DNA of 64,000 nucleotides, taken from Spirochaetota bacterium (GTDB lineage: Bacteria; Spirochaetota; UBA6919; CBDBPB01). This document shows positions 32,233 through 42,547 of the stretch, in pieces. Within the stretch, counting starts at the first letter, position 1, and every line of letters starts with the position of its first letter. The notes under the pieces were generated by a model. It saw only the letters and a program-made list of their open reading frames with translations. It was not told the origin of the DNA and searched no databases. Position numbers and translations under genes: made by a program. Location: positions 480,001 through 544,000 of the forward strand of contig CBDBPB010000004.1 of assembly GCA_965208615.1 (NCBI GenBank). Direction: 5' to 3'.

Positions 32233-34620
32233 ATGGTATTAATGAAAGGCTATATAGCTGACAAATTAACAGATACTAACTTTCATCTCTCTATATTACA
32301 AGATGTAAGCGAAATTATCAACTTTGCTGAAAACTTCCAAGAAGTTCTTGATAAAATTGTCAAACTAATAGCTAAAAGACTACAAATGAATGTATGCTCT
32401 GTATACCTAATGGATGAGCAAACAAATACCCTTTTATTACAAGCTACAGAAGGATTAAATAAAAACTCCGTTGGAGCAGTTCGCCTTAAAGTAGGTGAAG
32501 GAGTAAGCTCCTTAGCTATAGAGAAAAGAAGACCTATATCAATATATAATGTAAAAAATCATCCAAGATATATACACTTCCCAGAAACTGAAGAAGCTAA
32601 CTTTAACTCTTTTTTAGCAGTTCCAATATTTAACAAAAAAAACGTTATAGGCGTTTTAGCAGTACAAAAAAAAAATAAATATTACTTTCACATAAATGAA
32701 ATTAATATGCTACAAATTTTAGCTGTGCAAGTAGCTAGTGTTATTCAGGTTAGCCAAATATTTGAGCGTTCATTAATACCCCCTGAAAAACAAATAACTA
32801 AAGAAAGCATAGAACAACCCTTATCTTATTCTATTCCCAAAAGTTATAGAACTACTACAAAAGAACCCAATAAAAAAAAACTCCTTACACTCCAAGGAAT
32901 ACCAACATCTTTTGGGTATGGATACGGAAAAGTACGTATTCTTAATGATAGGTTTAACTATTCTATTATCACCGATCAAAAAATTGTAGAAGTAGAAAAA
33001 GAGTTATCCAGCTTTCATAAAGCAATTAAGAAAAGTAAAGAAGAAATTTATAATATATCTAAATCATTAAAAGGTCAGGTTCCAAAGGATATAACTAAAA
33101 TATTTGACTCCCATATAATGATATTAGAGGATAAGCAACTAATAAGCCAAGTAGAAGCTCTTATTAAAAATAAAAATAATGCGGCATACTCTACTCTACA
33201 AGTACTTGACAAATACTTGCAGAGCTTTTCGCAAATAAAGGATCCCTTTCTCAGAGAGCGAGTGGTGGATATAGAAGATATTGGAAAACGAATAATTAGC
33301 AATCTACTCGGACTAAGCCCTGTAGACCTAAATACCTTATCTGAACAATGTATTATAGTTGCCAGTGTTCTTACATCGTCTACTACTGCTAATCTGGACA
33401 CCTCAAAGGTTATTGGAATAATTACTGAACACGGTGGAAGCACTTCACATGCATCTATATTGGCTAGATCATTAGAAATACCTGCTGTTATTGGAGTAAA
33501 AAACTTACTAAATAAGGTACAGGTTGAGGACTACCTTATGGTAGACGGAAATACAGGTTTTGTATTTATTAATCCTCATAAATCCTTAATTAACGAGTAT
33601 GAAAAAGCTGAATTAAAAATTCAGGAATATCATAGTTATTTTCAACAATTTATTTCTAACCCTCTTAGTACCAGGGATGATATACCTATATCTGTCAGCA
33701 CTAATATAGGTATGCTTTCTGACATTGAGCTTGCAAAACAATATGGTGTAAAAAGTGTTGGCCTTTTTAGAACTGAGTTTCCGTATATGATAAGGGATAG
33801 ACTACCTACTGGAGATGAACAATATAAAATATACAAACAGGTTATTGATTCTTTTCCAGAAGGAGAGGTTACAATACGTACTCTGGATATTGGCGGGGAT
33901 AAGTTTTTACATTATTTAGCTATGCCTAAAGAAGATAATCCTGTTTTGGGATACAAGTCTACTAGATTCCTACTCGATCACTCATACATACTATTAGAAC
34001 AGTTAAAAGCTATTATTAGGGCATCCATTAATTCAAAGGTTAAAATATTATTTCCGATGATAAGCTCTATCAATGAGCTTATGCAGGTAAAGGACTATTT
34101 AGAGGTTGCAAAAGGTCTATTATTATACAAGGAAATTGATTTTAATCCAAACATTGAAATAGGAATTATGATAGAAGTACCATCAATAATATTCCAACTT
34201 GAAGACCTACTACCTCACGTTGATTTTATGAGCATAGGGACTAATGATCTTATCCAGTATCTACTTGCAGTAGATAGAGATAACGAAAAAGTATCTAATA
34301 TATATAGTCATTTTAATCCTGCTTTTATAAAGGCACTACATACCATACGAATAAAAACTGCTAAACATAATAAACCTATCAGCGTTTGCGGAGAGATGTC
34401 TGCGAGTCCAAGGGGAGCATTAGCCTTAATGGCACTTGGATTTTATGATTTAAGCTGTGCCCCGTCATCAATACCTTATATTCATTATTTGGTTAGGAAT
34501 ATTAATAAAAAGGTATTAGATGAGGTAAGGGGTAATATACTTACTCAAATTGATACTTTTGAGATTCAAAATTATTTAAATAAGGTTATAGGTGATTTTG
34601 CTCCTAAGCTTATGTCATAG
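32233..34620 (+). CDS. ptsP: GAF-domain PEP-protein phosphotransferase (Enzyme I-Ntr type)
   Basis: N-terminal GAF (CSVYL...LQATEGL...SFLAVPI); GSTSHASILARS phospho-His; GLFRTEF, DIGGDK, SIGTNDLIQY and VCGEM motifs. Confidence 0.95.
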   Translation: MVLMKGYIADKLTDTNFHLSILQDVSEIINFAENFQEVLDKIVKLIAKRLQMNVCSVYLMDEQTNTLLLQATEGLNKNSVGAVRLKVGEGVSSLAIEKRRPISIYNVKNHPRYIHFPETEEANFNSFLAVPIFNKKNVIGVLAVQKKNKYYFHINEINMLQILAVQVASVIQVSQIFERSLIPPEKQITKESIEQPLSYSIPKSYRTTTKEPNKKKLLTLQGIPTSFGYGYGKVRILNDRFNYSIITDQKIVEVEKELSSFHKAIKKSKEEIYNISKSLKGQVPKDITKIFDSHIMILEDKQLISQVEALIKNKNNAAYSTLQVLDKYLQSFSQIKDPFLRERVVDIEDIGKRIISNLLGLSPVDLNTLSEQCIIVASVLTSSTTANLDTSKVIGIITEHGGSTSHASILARSLEIPAVIGVKNLLNKVQVEDYLMVDGNTGFVFINPHKSLINEYEKAELKIQEYHSYFQQFISNPLSTRDDIPISVSTNIGMLSDIELAKQYGVKSVGLFRTEFPYMIRDRLPTGDEQYKIYKQVIDSFPEGEVTIRTLDIGGDKFLHYLAMPKEDNPVLGYKSTRFLLDHSYILLEQLKAIIRASINSKVKILFPMISSINELMQVKDYLEVAKGLLLYKEIDFNPNIEIGIMIEVPSIIFQLEDLLPHVDFMSIGTNDLIQYLLAVDRDNEKVSNIYSHFNPAFIKALHTIRIKTAKHNKPISVCGEMSASPRGALALMALGFYDLSCAPSSIPYIHYLVRNINKKVLDEVRGNILTQIDTFEIQNYLNKVIGDFAPKLMS

Positions 34621-34719
34621 GATAATTTAACAATTTGCAAGGGGTATTATTTAGTAATTTATACTAAGAAATATAAGTTATATACTAAAGCATATAAAGT
34701 AAAGTTATTTGCATTTTAG

Positions 34720-34944
34720 ATTCTTTTGTGGAACAAAAAAGATAAAATATTGAAGAAAAATTATTCCTTAGCTTTAGACGTATTATTCTATTATTCTTCT
34801 CTAACACTGCTTGCTTGACCCAGTAATGAATACAAAAAATACTTTAAGCCACCATGATTATGAGAGCTATTAAGAATCAATTACTAGAAAAAAGAATTAC
34901 ATAACTCTTCCTATGAATTAAAGTTTACTGTTCCATAAAGGGAT
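34720..34944. mobile_element. Possible MITE or decayed IS remnant
   Basis: Imperfect 21-bp inverted repeats (16/21) at 34720-34740 and 34924-34944, with AG on both outer flanks; no ORF inside. Confidence 0.35.
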
Positions 34945-35099
34945 AGCTTAATAATACAATAGTATAGCAGATCCCTTTATAACAATTACCTATAAAAAAT
35001 GGACGCTAAAATGCTTTTTATTATATTTGCTGAAACCTTTTAAACAATATCCTAATGCAAAATAATACAATAGAATGTTTAATAACAAGGACATATACC

Positions 35100-37400
35100 A
35101 TGAAGCAAAACTTAATAAATATAATAATAATATTAATATTTAGTTTCTCTTGCACTAATAAGGAAATAAGCGAAAAAGAATCCAATGATAACTTTAACTC
35201 CTCTATGTTAATAAATATTGACTCAACAGTTATAGGAAGTTTTAATGGTCACCTAGATATAGACTATTATAAAATAATAGTAAAAAAACCTACTACATTA
35301 TCCATAACCATAAATAGAATAAAAGGTTTAGATGTAAAAATACAAATATACAATAATAGACTCCTTATAAAAATAGTAGACGACTACCTAAGAAATGAAG
35401 GAGAAAAAATAAATAATATACACTTTAAACAAGGACTATACTTTATTAAGGCATCCATTAGCAAGCCAGAAGAAAAACTATATAAAAATATGAAGTCGAT
35501 CCAAAATCACAAGTACAAACTTAATGTTAAACCTATAAATAATGCCTATGAAGAAACTGAACCTAATGATCTTCCTAATCAAAGTGTAAATATAGAACTA
35601 GAAAAACCTATCTTTGGATACTATTCTCCATTTAAAAACCTCAACGACGAAAGTAAACTTAAAAAATTACCATTCGACCTAAAAGATAAAGATCATCTTG
35701 AAAAATTAAAACTATTAAGAGAATATGACTTTGACTGGTATAGCTTTAAAATCCCTAAGCCCGGTGACCATCAAATAATTATCGAACTCGAAAATACTAA
35801 ACTAGTTGACAGCGTCATCGGAGTATATCAAAAAAAACCCCTGCTATTCTGGAATAGTAAAGGTATGGGAGAAAATGAAACTATACCTAATCTAACAGTT
35901 AAAGGTGATGAAATATGCTATATCCTAATTGTGGGAGTAAATCACCATAGTACAACTAGTGAACAACTATACAAATATAAACTTAGTGTTAAAGTGAGAT
36001 CTAAAGCAAATCCATCAATGGAAACAGAAAATAATAACTCCATAGATAAAGCAAACTTAATAACTGAAGGATTTATACATGGATTAATAAGTCCAAAAAA
36101 AGACTACGATTACTATCACCTGCAAATAAAATCAAGTATAACTAAAGATAGCTTTCTAAGTAATCCCTTTGATAACTACTTTCCACCAGCTGACTCAGAA
36201 CAAGAAAAACTTAAAAAACTAAATGAAGAACAAAAAAACTCGTATACAGAAGAACTCGACGAAATTATACCCCTAAACCCCGAAGATGAACAAGATATAT
36301 TAAATGATCAAAATGATAATCCATTACTAAAAGATCAGGATAAATTAAAAAATAATCCAAATAAAACTAACCCACTACTACAAGATCAGGATAAATTAAA
36401 AAATAATCCAAATAAAACTAACCCACTACTACAAGATCAGGATAAGTTAAAAAATAATCCAAATAAAACTAATCCACTACCACAAGATCAAGATAAATTA
36501 AAAAATAATCCAAATAAAACTAACCCACTATTACAAAATCAGGATAAATTAAAAAATAATCAAAATGAAGACGGCAAAATACCAAAAAATAAGCCTAAAA
36601 AAGAACCCTCGTCCTATTTTAAACCCATAAGCTATCAATTAGTCCAAAATAATAACCTGGATGAACCAATACATAAAAAACGTAAACTATTTATATCCGT
36701 AACAGGAGTAAAAGGAGTAGATATTGAACTACGGCTATATGACTCAAAAACTAAACTCTTAAATGTCTATGATACAAACGGTAGAGGTAAGGGTGAGACA
36801 ATACAAAGCTATGATGTAAGTAAAATGAAAGATATTTATATACTAGTAAAAGGTGGAAGAAATAATTCCGGAGAAAATAATAAACAGCCGTATAAACTAA
36901 CCGTTAAAATAAAAGATTATGAATATACCCCCAATTACAAAGAAATATACGAAGTAGAGCCCAACGGTGAAACCATAGATATATATAAGTCTAACTTAAA
37001 CGAAATAAGCCAAAAACAAAAATCTCTACCCAATATAATATACGTTAACCAAAAAGTGCTTGGATTTATAAATCCTAAGGCATATTACCATAACAACATA
37101 AATCTAAAAGGTGATGTAGACTATTATGAAGTCAATCTTAACAGTAATAAAAAATATAAGGTTACTTTAATTGGGATTAAAGGTAGTAGGCTTAGTCTAA
37201 AGGTATTCCAAGCAAAAGACCATCGCAACCATAAAAAACAAATTATTACAAAAGGTAGACAAAAAAGATATGCAATATTCTCTACAGATTACTCAGTGAG
37301 CTATTTGGATAATATTTATCACATAAAAGTAACTAGTCGATACGGAAAAAGTGCCAACTCTGAAAAACCATATACTTTATTTATAGAAGAAGTTAAATAA
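35100..37400 (+). CDS. Large lipoprotein with repeated PPC-like (ExEPND...DxDxY) beta domains
   Basis: Lipobox FSFS-C; ETEPND...DFDWYSF, ETENNN...DYDYY and EVEPNG...DVDYY modules; low-complexity insert. Confidence 0.8.
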   Translation: MKQNLINIIIILIFSFSCTNKEISEKESNDNFNSSMLINIDSTVIGSFNGHLDIDYYKIIVKKPTTLSITINRIKGLDVKIQIYNNRLLIKIVDDYLRNEGEKINNIHFKQGLYFIKASISKPEEKLYKNMKSIQNHKYKLNVKPINNAYEETEPNDLPNQSVNIELEKPIFGYYSPFKNLNDESKLKKLPFDLKDKDHLEKLKLLREYDFDWYSFKIPKPGDHQIIIELENTKLVDSVIGVYQKKPLLFWNSKGMGENETIPNLTVKGDEICYILIVGVNHHSTTSEQLYKYKLSVKVRSKANPSMETENNNSIDKANLITEGFIHGLISPKKDYDYYHLQIKSSITKDSFLSNPFDNYFPPADSEQEKLKKLNEEQKNSYTEELDEIIPLNPEDEQDILNDQNDNPLLKDQDKLKNNPNKTNPLLQDQDKLKNNPNKTNPLLQDQDKLKNNPNKTNPLPQDQDKLKNNPNKTNPLLQNQDKLKNNQNEDGKIPKNKPKKEPSSYFKPISYQLVQNNNLDEPIHKKRKLFISVTGVKGVDIELRLYDSKTKLLNVYDTNGRGKGETIQSYDVSKMKDIYILVKGGRNNSGENNKQPYKLTVKIKDYEYTPNYKEIYEVEPNGETIDIYKSNLNEISQKQKSLPNIIYVNQKVLGFINPKAYYHNNINLKGDVDYYEVNLNSNKKYKVTLIGIKGSRLSLKVFQAKDHRNHKKQIITKGRQKRYAIFSTDYSVSYLDNIYHIKVTSRYGKSANSEKPYTLFIEEVK
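36318..36560 (+). repeat. 51-bp coding tandem repeat (about 4.7 copies; NPLLQDQDKLKNNPNKT)
   Basis: Near-identical units ...GATCAGGATAAATTAAAAAATAATCCAAATAAAACT. Confidence 0.92.
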
Positions 37401-37427
37401 AATATGAAGGCATAACCCTCATATTTT
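37399..37427. terminator. Probable bidirectional terminator between the lipoprotein gene and glnA
   Basis: AAAATATGAAGG-cataa-CCCTCATATTTT hairpin between convergent genes. Confidence 0.55.
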
Positions 37428-37440
37428 ATAACATAGACTA

Positions 37441-38871
37441 TTAAATGTCATAGTATAAAAAGAACTCATAAGGATGAGGCCTTAAATCTATGGCACTTAC
37501 CTCTGCATTCATTTTATATTCTATCCATGTCTCAATAACGTCTTGAGTAAAAACATCACCCTTTAATAAAAAGTCATGATCCTCGGCTAAGCCGTTAAGA
37601 GCCTCTCTTAAGCTACCTGGAGTAGCCTCTACCCTTGATAATTCCTCTGGAGGTAAATCGTAAATATTTTTATCCAATGGTTCACCTGGATCAATTTTAT
37701 TTTGTATGCCATCCAAGCCAGCCATAAGCATAGCAGAAAAGGCTAAATACGGATTACAACTGGGATCAGGATAACGAACCTCAACCCTCTTTGCCTTTGG
37801 ACTATGAGAATACATAGGTATCCTAACAGCGGCACTACGATTCCTAGACGAATAAGCAAGATTAACAGGTGCTTCAAACCCTGGTACCAGTCTCTTATAC
37901 GAGTTAGTAGTGGGATTAGTCAATGCAGTTAAAGCTTTTGAATGCTTTAAAATACCACCAATATAGTATAAGGCCATTTGACTTAATCCGGCATACTCCT
38001 CACCAGCAAATAATGGTTTTCCATTTTTCCACAAAGACTGATGAGTATGCATTCCAGTACCATTATCCAAAAAGACAGGCTTTGGCATAAAAGTTACAGT
38101 TTTACCATTTTGTGCCGCCGTATTCTTAACTATATATTTATAAAATAATAAGTCATCGGCAATCTTAACCATGGTATTAAACTTCATGTCAATTTCACTT
38201 TGTCCAGCAGTAGAAACCTCGTGATGCTGAGCTTCTACAACCAATCCACACTCTTGCATCTTTAATACCATTTCTGATCTTAAGTCTTGATACTGATCCA
38301 TAGGTGGTACAGGGAAATATCCCTCTTTATGCCTTATCTTATAACCCTTATTCCCCCCTTCTTCAATGCGTCCAGTGTTCCACTCGGCCTCGTTGGAGTC
38401 TATAAAATAATAACCTTCTTTAGGATTTTGTGCATAACGAACATCGTCAAATATAAAAAACTCAGCCTCTGGACCAAAATAAACAGTATCAGCTATACCA
38501 GTCGACTTTAAATATTCTTCAGCTTTAGTGGCTATATTCCTAGGATCTTTAGTATATCTCTCTCTAGTAATGGGATCATAAATAGTAGTAATCATTATTA
38601 TAGTTTTTATCTTACTAAATGGATCAAGAACCGCAGTACTAGGTTCTGGGATTACAATCATATCACTTTCGTTAATGGCCTGCCATCCTCTAATAGAACT
38701 ACCATCAAAACCTAAGCCGTCCTCAAAAATTCCTTCACTCATCTCAGTTGCTGGAATGGTAAAATGCTGCCATAAACCAGGAAAGTCCATAAACCTAAAG
38801 TCCACCATTTTTACATCATTCTTCTCAATGAACTCTAAAACTCCTTCAGGAGTTTTATTTTCTAATAACAT
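37441..38871 (-). CDS. glnA: Glutamine synthetase type I
   Basis: [47 protein letters not shown] and adenylylation-type motif KNIYDLPP. Confidence 0.98.
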   Translation of the reverse strand: MLLENKTPEGVLEFIEKNDVKMVDFRFMDFPGLWQHFTIPATEMSEGIFEDGLGFDGSSIRGWQAINESDMIVIPEPSTAVLDPFSKIKTIIMITTIYDPITRERYTKDPRNIATKAEEYLKSTGIADTVYFGPEAEFFIFDDVRYAQNPKEGYYFIDSNEAEWNTGRIEEGGNKGYKIRHKEGYFPVPPMDQYQDLRSEMVLKMQECGLVVEAQHHEVSTAGQSEIDMKFNTMVKIADDLLFYKYIVKNTAAQNGKTVTFMPKPVFLDNGTGMHTHQSLWKNGKPLFAGEEYAGLSQMALYYIGGILKHSKALTALTNPTTNSYKRLVPGFEAPVNLAYSSRNRSAAVRIPMYSHSPKAKRVEVRYPDPSCNPYLAFSAMLMAGLDGIQNKIDPGEPLDKNIYDLPPEELSRVEATPGSLREALNGLAEDHDFLLKGDVFTQDVIETWIEYKMNAEVSAIDLRPHPYEFFLYYDI

Positions 38872-39174
38872 TTGTGTTCCTCCTTAAAAAAAAACTCTAA
38901 AAAATACTAGGCTAATAGAGAATATATCTAATAAAAAAAATAAGATAACTATCCGCACAATAGATAACAGACTCTATTAAGGAAAAGTAAAATTAATTAT
39001 AAAATAAGGATATTATATAAAATAATATTTAATTATGGAATATTAACAAATAACTTTAAGGAAAGCCTTAATATAAACCTTATACTTTAATACAATAAGC
39101 TGTAGTAAAAAATAAAGTGTAACTTATTATCTGACTAAAGTCAAGAATATTTATAGAAAAAATAAAACCAATAA

Positions 39175-40182
39175 CTAAAACTTAAAAATCCACTTTTTAG
39201 CCGAACTCTTACCAGGATAAATCTTAGCCTCAGGATCAATATAATGCTTTGCCATATTAACGGCAACAGCCGCATCAGCAAAGCCTGTAGCTATTAATTT
39301 AAGCTTTCCAGGGTATGAAGCAATATCCCCAGCAGCCCATACTCCAGTTATATTAGTCTCCATTGTTTTGTCAACCTTAATGGCATTCTTTTCAAGTTCA
39401 AAGCCCCATTCCTTTATTGGACCTAAATTAGTTATAAATCCAATACAACATAAAATAGCGTCACAATCTAATACCCTCTCTTCATTCTTGCTCCTAGTGT
39501 TAACAAGCCTAACGCCAGTAATAGCATCCTCACAATAAACCTCGCTAATTTCAGTAAATGTATTCACTTTTACACTAGAGCTAAAAAGTTTTTTAAGACT
39601 ATCCTCGTGAGCTAAAAAACGATCAGACCTATTTAATAATACTATTTCTTTTGCTAAAGGCTCCAAAGTTAGGGTCCAATCTACAGCTGAGTCACCACCT
39701 CCTACAACCACAAGTCTTTTGCCCTTGAAAATATTAGGATCTCTAACAAAGTAATATAATCCCTTATTCTCAAGATCATCAATATCATGAACATCGAGTT
39801 TTCTTGGCATAAAAGCTCCTGCACCCGCAGAAATAATAACAGACTTACTAAAATATGTATTACCTTTCTCGCTCTCTAAGCGTATTACAGACTTATCCTC
39901 ACTATCATAACCTAACTTTATAACCTTTTCTTCTAAATGTACAATAGGATCAAATTGCTTTGCCTGCTTTCCTAGCTCAGAAATAAGAGATTCTGCCGTA
40001 ACCTTTGTGTAACCAGGTACATCATATATATATTTTTTAGGATAAAGAGCAGATAGCTGTCCACCAAGCTGACCCAAGGAATCTATTATCTCACAAGCCA
40101 TGCCCCGCATTCCACTATAAAAAGCGGCAAATAAACCAACAGGACCTCCACCTATTATTATAACATCACTCACATTAGGCAT
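39175..40182 (-). CDS. Ferredoxin-NADP+ reductase, TrxR-type (YumC-like)
   Basis: GGGPVGLFAAFY, GGQLSALYPKKYIYDVPG, GGGDSAVDW and GDIASYPGKLKLIATGF; no CxxC. Confidence 0.9.
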   Translation of the reverse strand: MPNVSDVIIIGGGPVGLFAAFYSGMRGMACEIIDSLGQLGGQLSALYPKKYIYDVPGYTKVTAESLISELGKQAKQFDPIVHLEEKVIKLGYDSEDKSVIRLESEKGNTYFSKSVIISAGAGAFMPRKLDVHDIDDLENKGLYYFVRDPNIFKGKRLVVVGGGDSAVDWTLTLEPLAKEIVLLNRSDRFLAHEDSLKKLFSSSVKVNTFTEISEVYCEDAITGVRLVNTRSKNEERVLDCDAILCCIGFITNLGPIKEWGFELEKNAIKVDKTMETNITGVWAAGDIASYPGKLKLIATGFADAAVAVNMAKHYIDPEAKIYPGKSSAKKWIFKF

Positions 40183-40265
40183 AAATGGCCTCCTATTTAT
40201 AGGATTAGATAAATTTCAATATTAAAAAATATAAACATTATAAACCAATAAATCCATAACTATGT

Positions 40266-40886
40266 TTAAAATTTATTGTATATCTCCTCTACATAAAGTT
40301 TAAAATTAGAAAGATCACTGTTAGATAAGGCTAAATCAACCACCTCATTCCAGAATGCCTCTTTAGAGTCAGAAGGCAACTTAGTATTATAGATTTCCCT
40401 TAGCTCGCCCAATATCTTAGCTACTAGGTAATATTTTTTAGAATAGTCCTCTTTAATTTTGTCCCTTAGCTTTTTAGCAAGAATAGGAGCCTTACCAGAG
40501 GTGGATACAGATATAATAATATCAGAATCCCTAAAAAAACATGGAAAGGTTATATGACCATAATCAGGGTTGCTCACCGAATTACATAAAATATTACGTT
40601 TATTACAGTCATCCACAATACGATGATTTATATTAGGCTTATCAGTAGCGGCTATACATAATCTAATACCAGATAAATAATCAGAGGAATAGCTATCCCC
40701 AATAAATAATATATTCTCATCATCAATTATATCATCAAATAAAGAACTAATAACCGGTGATAAAACAGTTAAGTTAGCTATAAAAGGTAAAATAGCCTTA
40801 ACCTTTCTATAAGCAACCTTTCCGCCACCAACCACTAGTATACTAAACTTTGTTAAATCAATGTTAATAGGGAAATTAAGCATCAA
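40266..40886 (-). CDS. sirC: Precorrin-2 dehydrogenase / sirohydrochlorin ferrochelatase (SirC/Met8/CysG-N)
   Basis: LVVGGGKVAYRK, IAATD and ISVSTSGKAPILAKKLR motifs. Confidence 0.88.
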   Translation of the reverse strand: MMLNFPINIDLTKFSILVVGGGKVAYRKVKAILPFIANLTVLSPVISSLFDDIIDDENILFIGDSYSSDYLSGIRLCIAATDKPNINHRIVDDCNKRNILCNSVSNPDYGHITFPCFFRDSDIIISVSTSGKAPILAKKLRDKIKEDYSKKYYLVAKILGELREIYNTKLPSDSKEAFWNEVVDLALSNSDLSNFKLYVEEIYNKF

Positions 40887-40902
40887 ATTTCTTTAAGTAA
40901 AA

Positions 40903-41757
40903 CTAAACATTAGCACTAACTCTCTGTCTTAAGTTATCCAAAAAAGAATAGGGAATAGATAAGTTACCCCTGCCTGTACCAATTTTAACACTACTCTTAT
41001 ATTTTCCATGAAAATCACTGCCGCCAGTAATAACAAGATCATACCTTTTAGCTATCTCTAAATAATAATCAGTATCCTGAGTACTATGGTCAATATGAAA
41101 AGCCTCAATTCCAGCAAGGCCTGCATTTTTTAAGTCTAATAAAATCTCCTCAAACTCACTTTGCGATTCTACCCTTACATGCACAGGATGAGCTAATACA
41201 GCTATTCCCCCATTATCTATTATCATAGATATTCCGTCCTGAGGAGTAATCCGTTCCCTTGGCACATAACATAACCCTCCTATACCTAAAAAGCGGCTAA
41301 AAGCATGATCAATATTAGTAGCATATTCCTTTTTAACAAGGAGTTCAGCCATATGAGGTCTTCCTATTAAGTTATTACCGGCAAGATGATTAAGTTCTTT
41401 TATAGACATATCCACGCCATTCTCAAGAAGTTTTTTCAACATTTTTTCATTACGCTCTTCTCTACTTTTCTGGACTTTTTTAAGGCGGGCTAAAAAAACA
41501 TTATCGTATATATTTAAAAAGTATCCCAAAATATGAACACTGCCATAAAAATCGGTTGTTATTTCTACTCCAGGGATTAGTTCTATATTGCCAACTTTTT
41601 TGGCATATAATATAGCCTCTTCTATCCCTACAACAGTGTCATGATCGGTAATAGCAATGGCAGATAAGTTAGCATTTTTTGCTAAATCGATGATTTCTTT
41701 AGGGGTATATGATCCATCAGAAATAGTGGTATGTATGTGTAAATCAATTTTTTTCAA
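40903..41757 (-). CDS. PHP-domain metal-dependent phosphoesterase (TrpH/YciV-like)
   Basis: DLHIHTTISDG, AITDHDT, GRPHMA, LAHP and TGGSDFHG motifs. Confidence 0.92.
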   Translation of the reverse strand: MKKIDLHIHTTISDGSYTPKEIIDLAKNANLSAIAITDHDTVVGIEEAILYAKKVGNIELIPGVEITTDFYGSVHILGYFLNIYDNVFLARLKKVQKSREERNEKMLKKLLENGVDMSIKELNHLAGNNLIGRPHMAELLVKKEYATNIDHAFSRFLGIGGLCYVPRERITPQDGISMIIDNGGIAVLAHPVHVRVESQSEFEEILLDLKNAGLAGIEAFHIDHSTQDTDYYLEIAKRYDLVITGGSDFHGKYKSSVKIGTGRGNLSIPYSFLDNLRQRVSANV

Positions 41758-41826
41758 ATTTACTCCAAAGACTAAAAAAAATGTACATTAATAGCTATTA
41801 TTAATATAATAACTTTTCAATGTATA

Positions 41827-42363
41827 TCACTCAAAATTAAGGTACATCTTAGATTCAATTGGATAATTAGATATATTAGTATATTTAGAGTTCTTTTTAT
41901 TGGCATAATCTATACCAATATCGCCTGATAGCTCAAAATAAATCAACTGACCAATTGGCATATCAGGGTATATTCTAACAGGTTGTTTAACAGATATTTC
42001 TAGAGTCCAGGTATTTTTATACCCAACATCGCCCTTACCGGCAGTAGCGTGTATATCTATACCCAGTCTGCCTATGCTTGATTTTCCCTCTAAAAACGGG
42101 ACATGTTTTAATGTCTCAGTGTACTCTTTTGTAACGCCTAAATATAGTCTATTGGGCACTATAATAATTCCATTTTCTGGTATATTTATTATCCTAATTT
42201 TATTGTGTATCCTTGCATCAAGGACATCTTCTTCATATATACCCAAATACTTTCCCAGGTGGACATCATAACTATTACTTCCCAAGCTTTCTCTGTCAAA
42301 AGGCTTAATAGCGATATTACCCTTATCCATTTCTTCGAGTATTTTTTTATCAGTAAGTATCAT
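41827..42363 (-). CDS. dcd: dCTP deaminase
   Basis: SYDVHLG, EGKSSIGRLG, AGKGDVGY...TLE and GQLIYF motifs. Confidence 0.93.
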   Translation of the reverse strand: MILTDKKILEEMDKGNIAIKPFDRESLGSNSYDVHLGKYLGIYEEDVLDARIHNKIRIINIPENGIIIVPNRLYLGVTKEYTETLKHVPFLEGKSSIGRLGIDIHATAGKGDVGYKNTWTLEISVKQPVRIYPDMPIGQLIYFELSGDIGIDYANKKNSKYTNISNYPIESKMYLNFE

Positions 42364-42547
42364 ATAAATAATAACCTAAAAGTCAATTTGACAAGCTATA
42401 TAAGCTAGCCCAATAGTGTTATCCCTAACATCATGAAAATAGAATATCGACAGTTTATATAAAAAAGCTAATGTTATTAATAAAATTTAACTTTTATTAA
42501 GTAACTTTGTATATTTTAACAAATACATTCGACCTTAGGAGCTAAAC

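Noticed and set aside
35000-35015. Sigma-54 promoter TGGACGCTAAAATGCT (GG-N10-GC)
   Set aside because: Spacing fits, but the match to TGGCAC-N5-TTGC is poor and there is no supporting context.
36318-36560. Possible CRISPR array (also 55001-55224 and 14255-14900)
   Set aside because: Units are in-frame multiples of 3 inside ORFs, have no unique spacers, and no cas genes are present.
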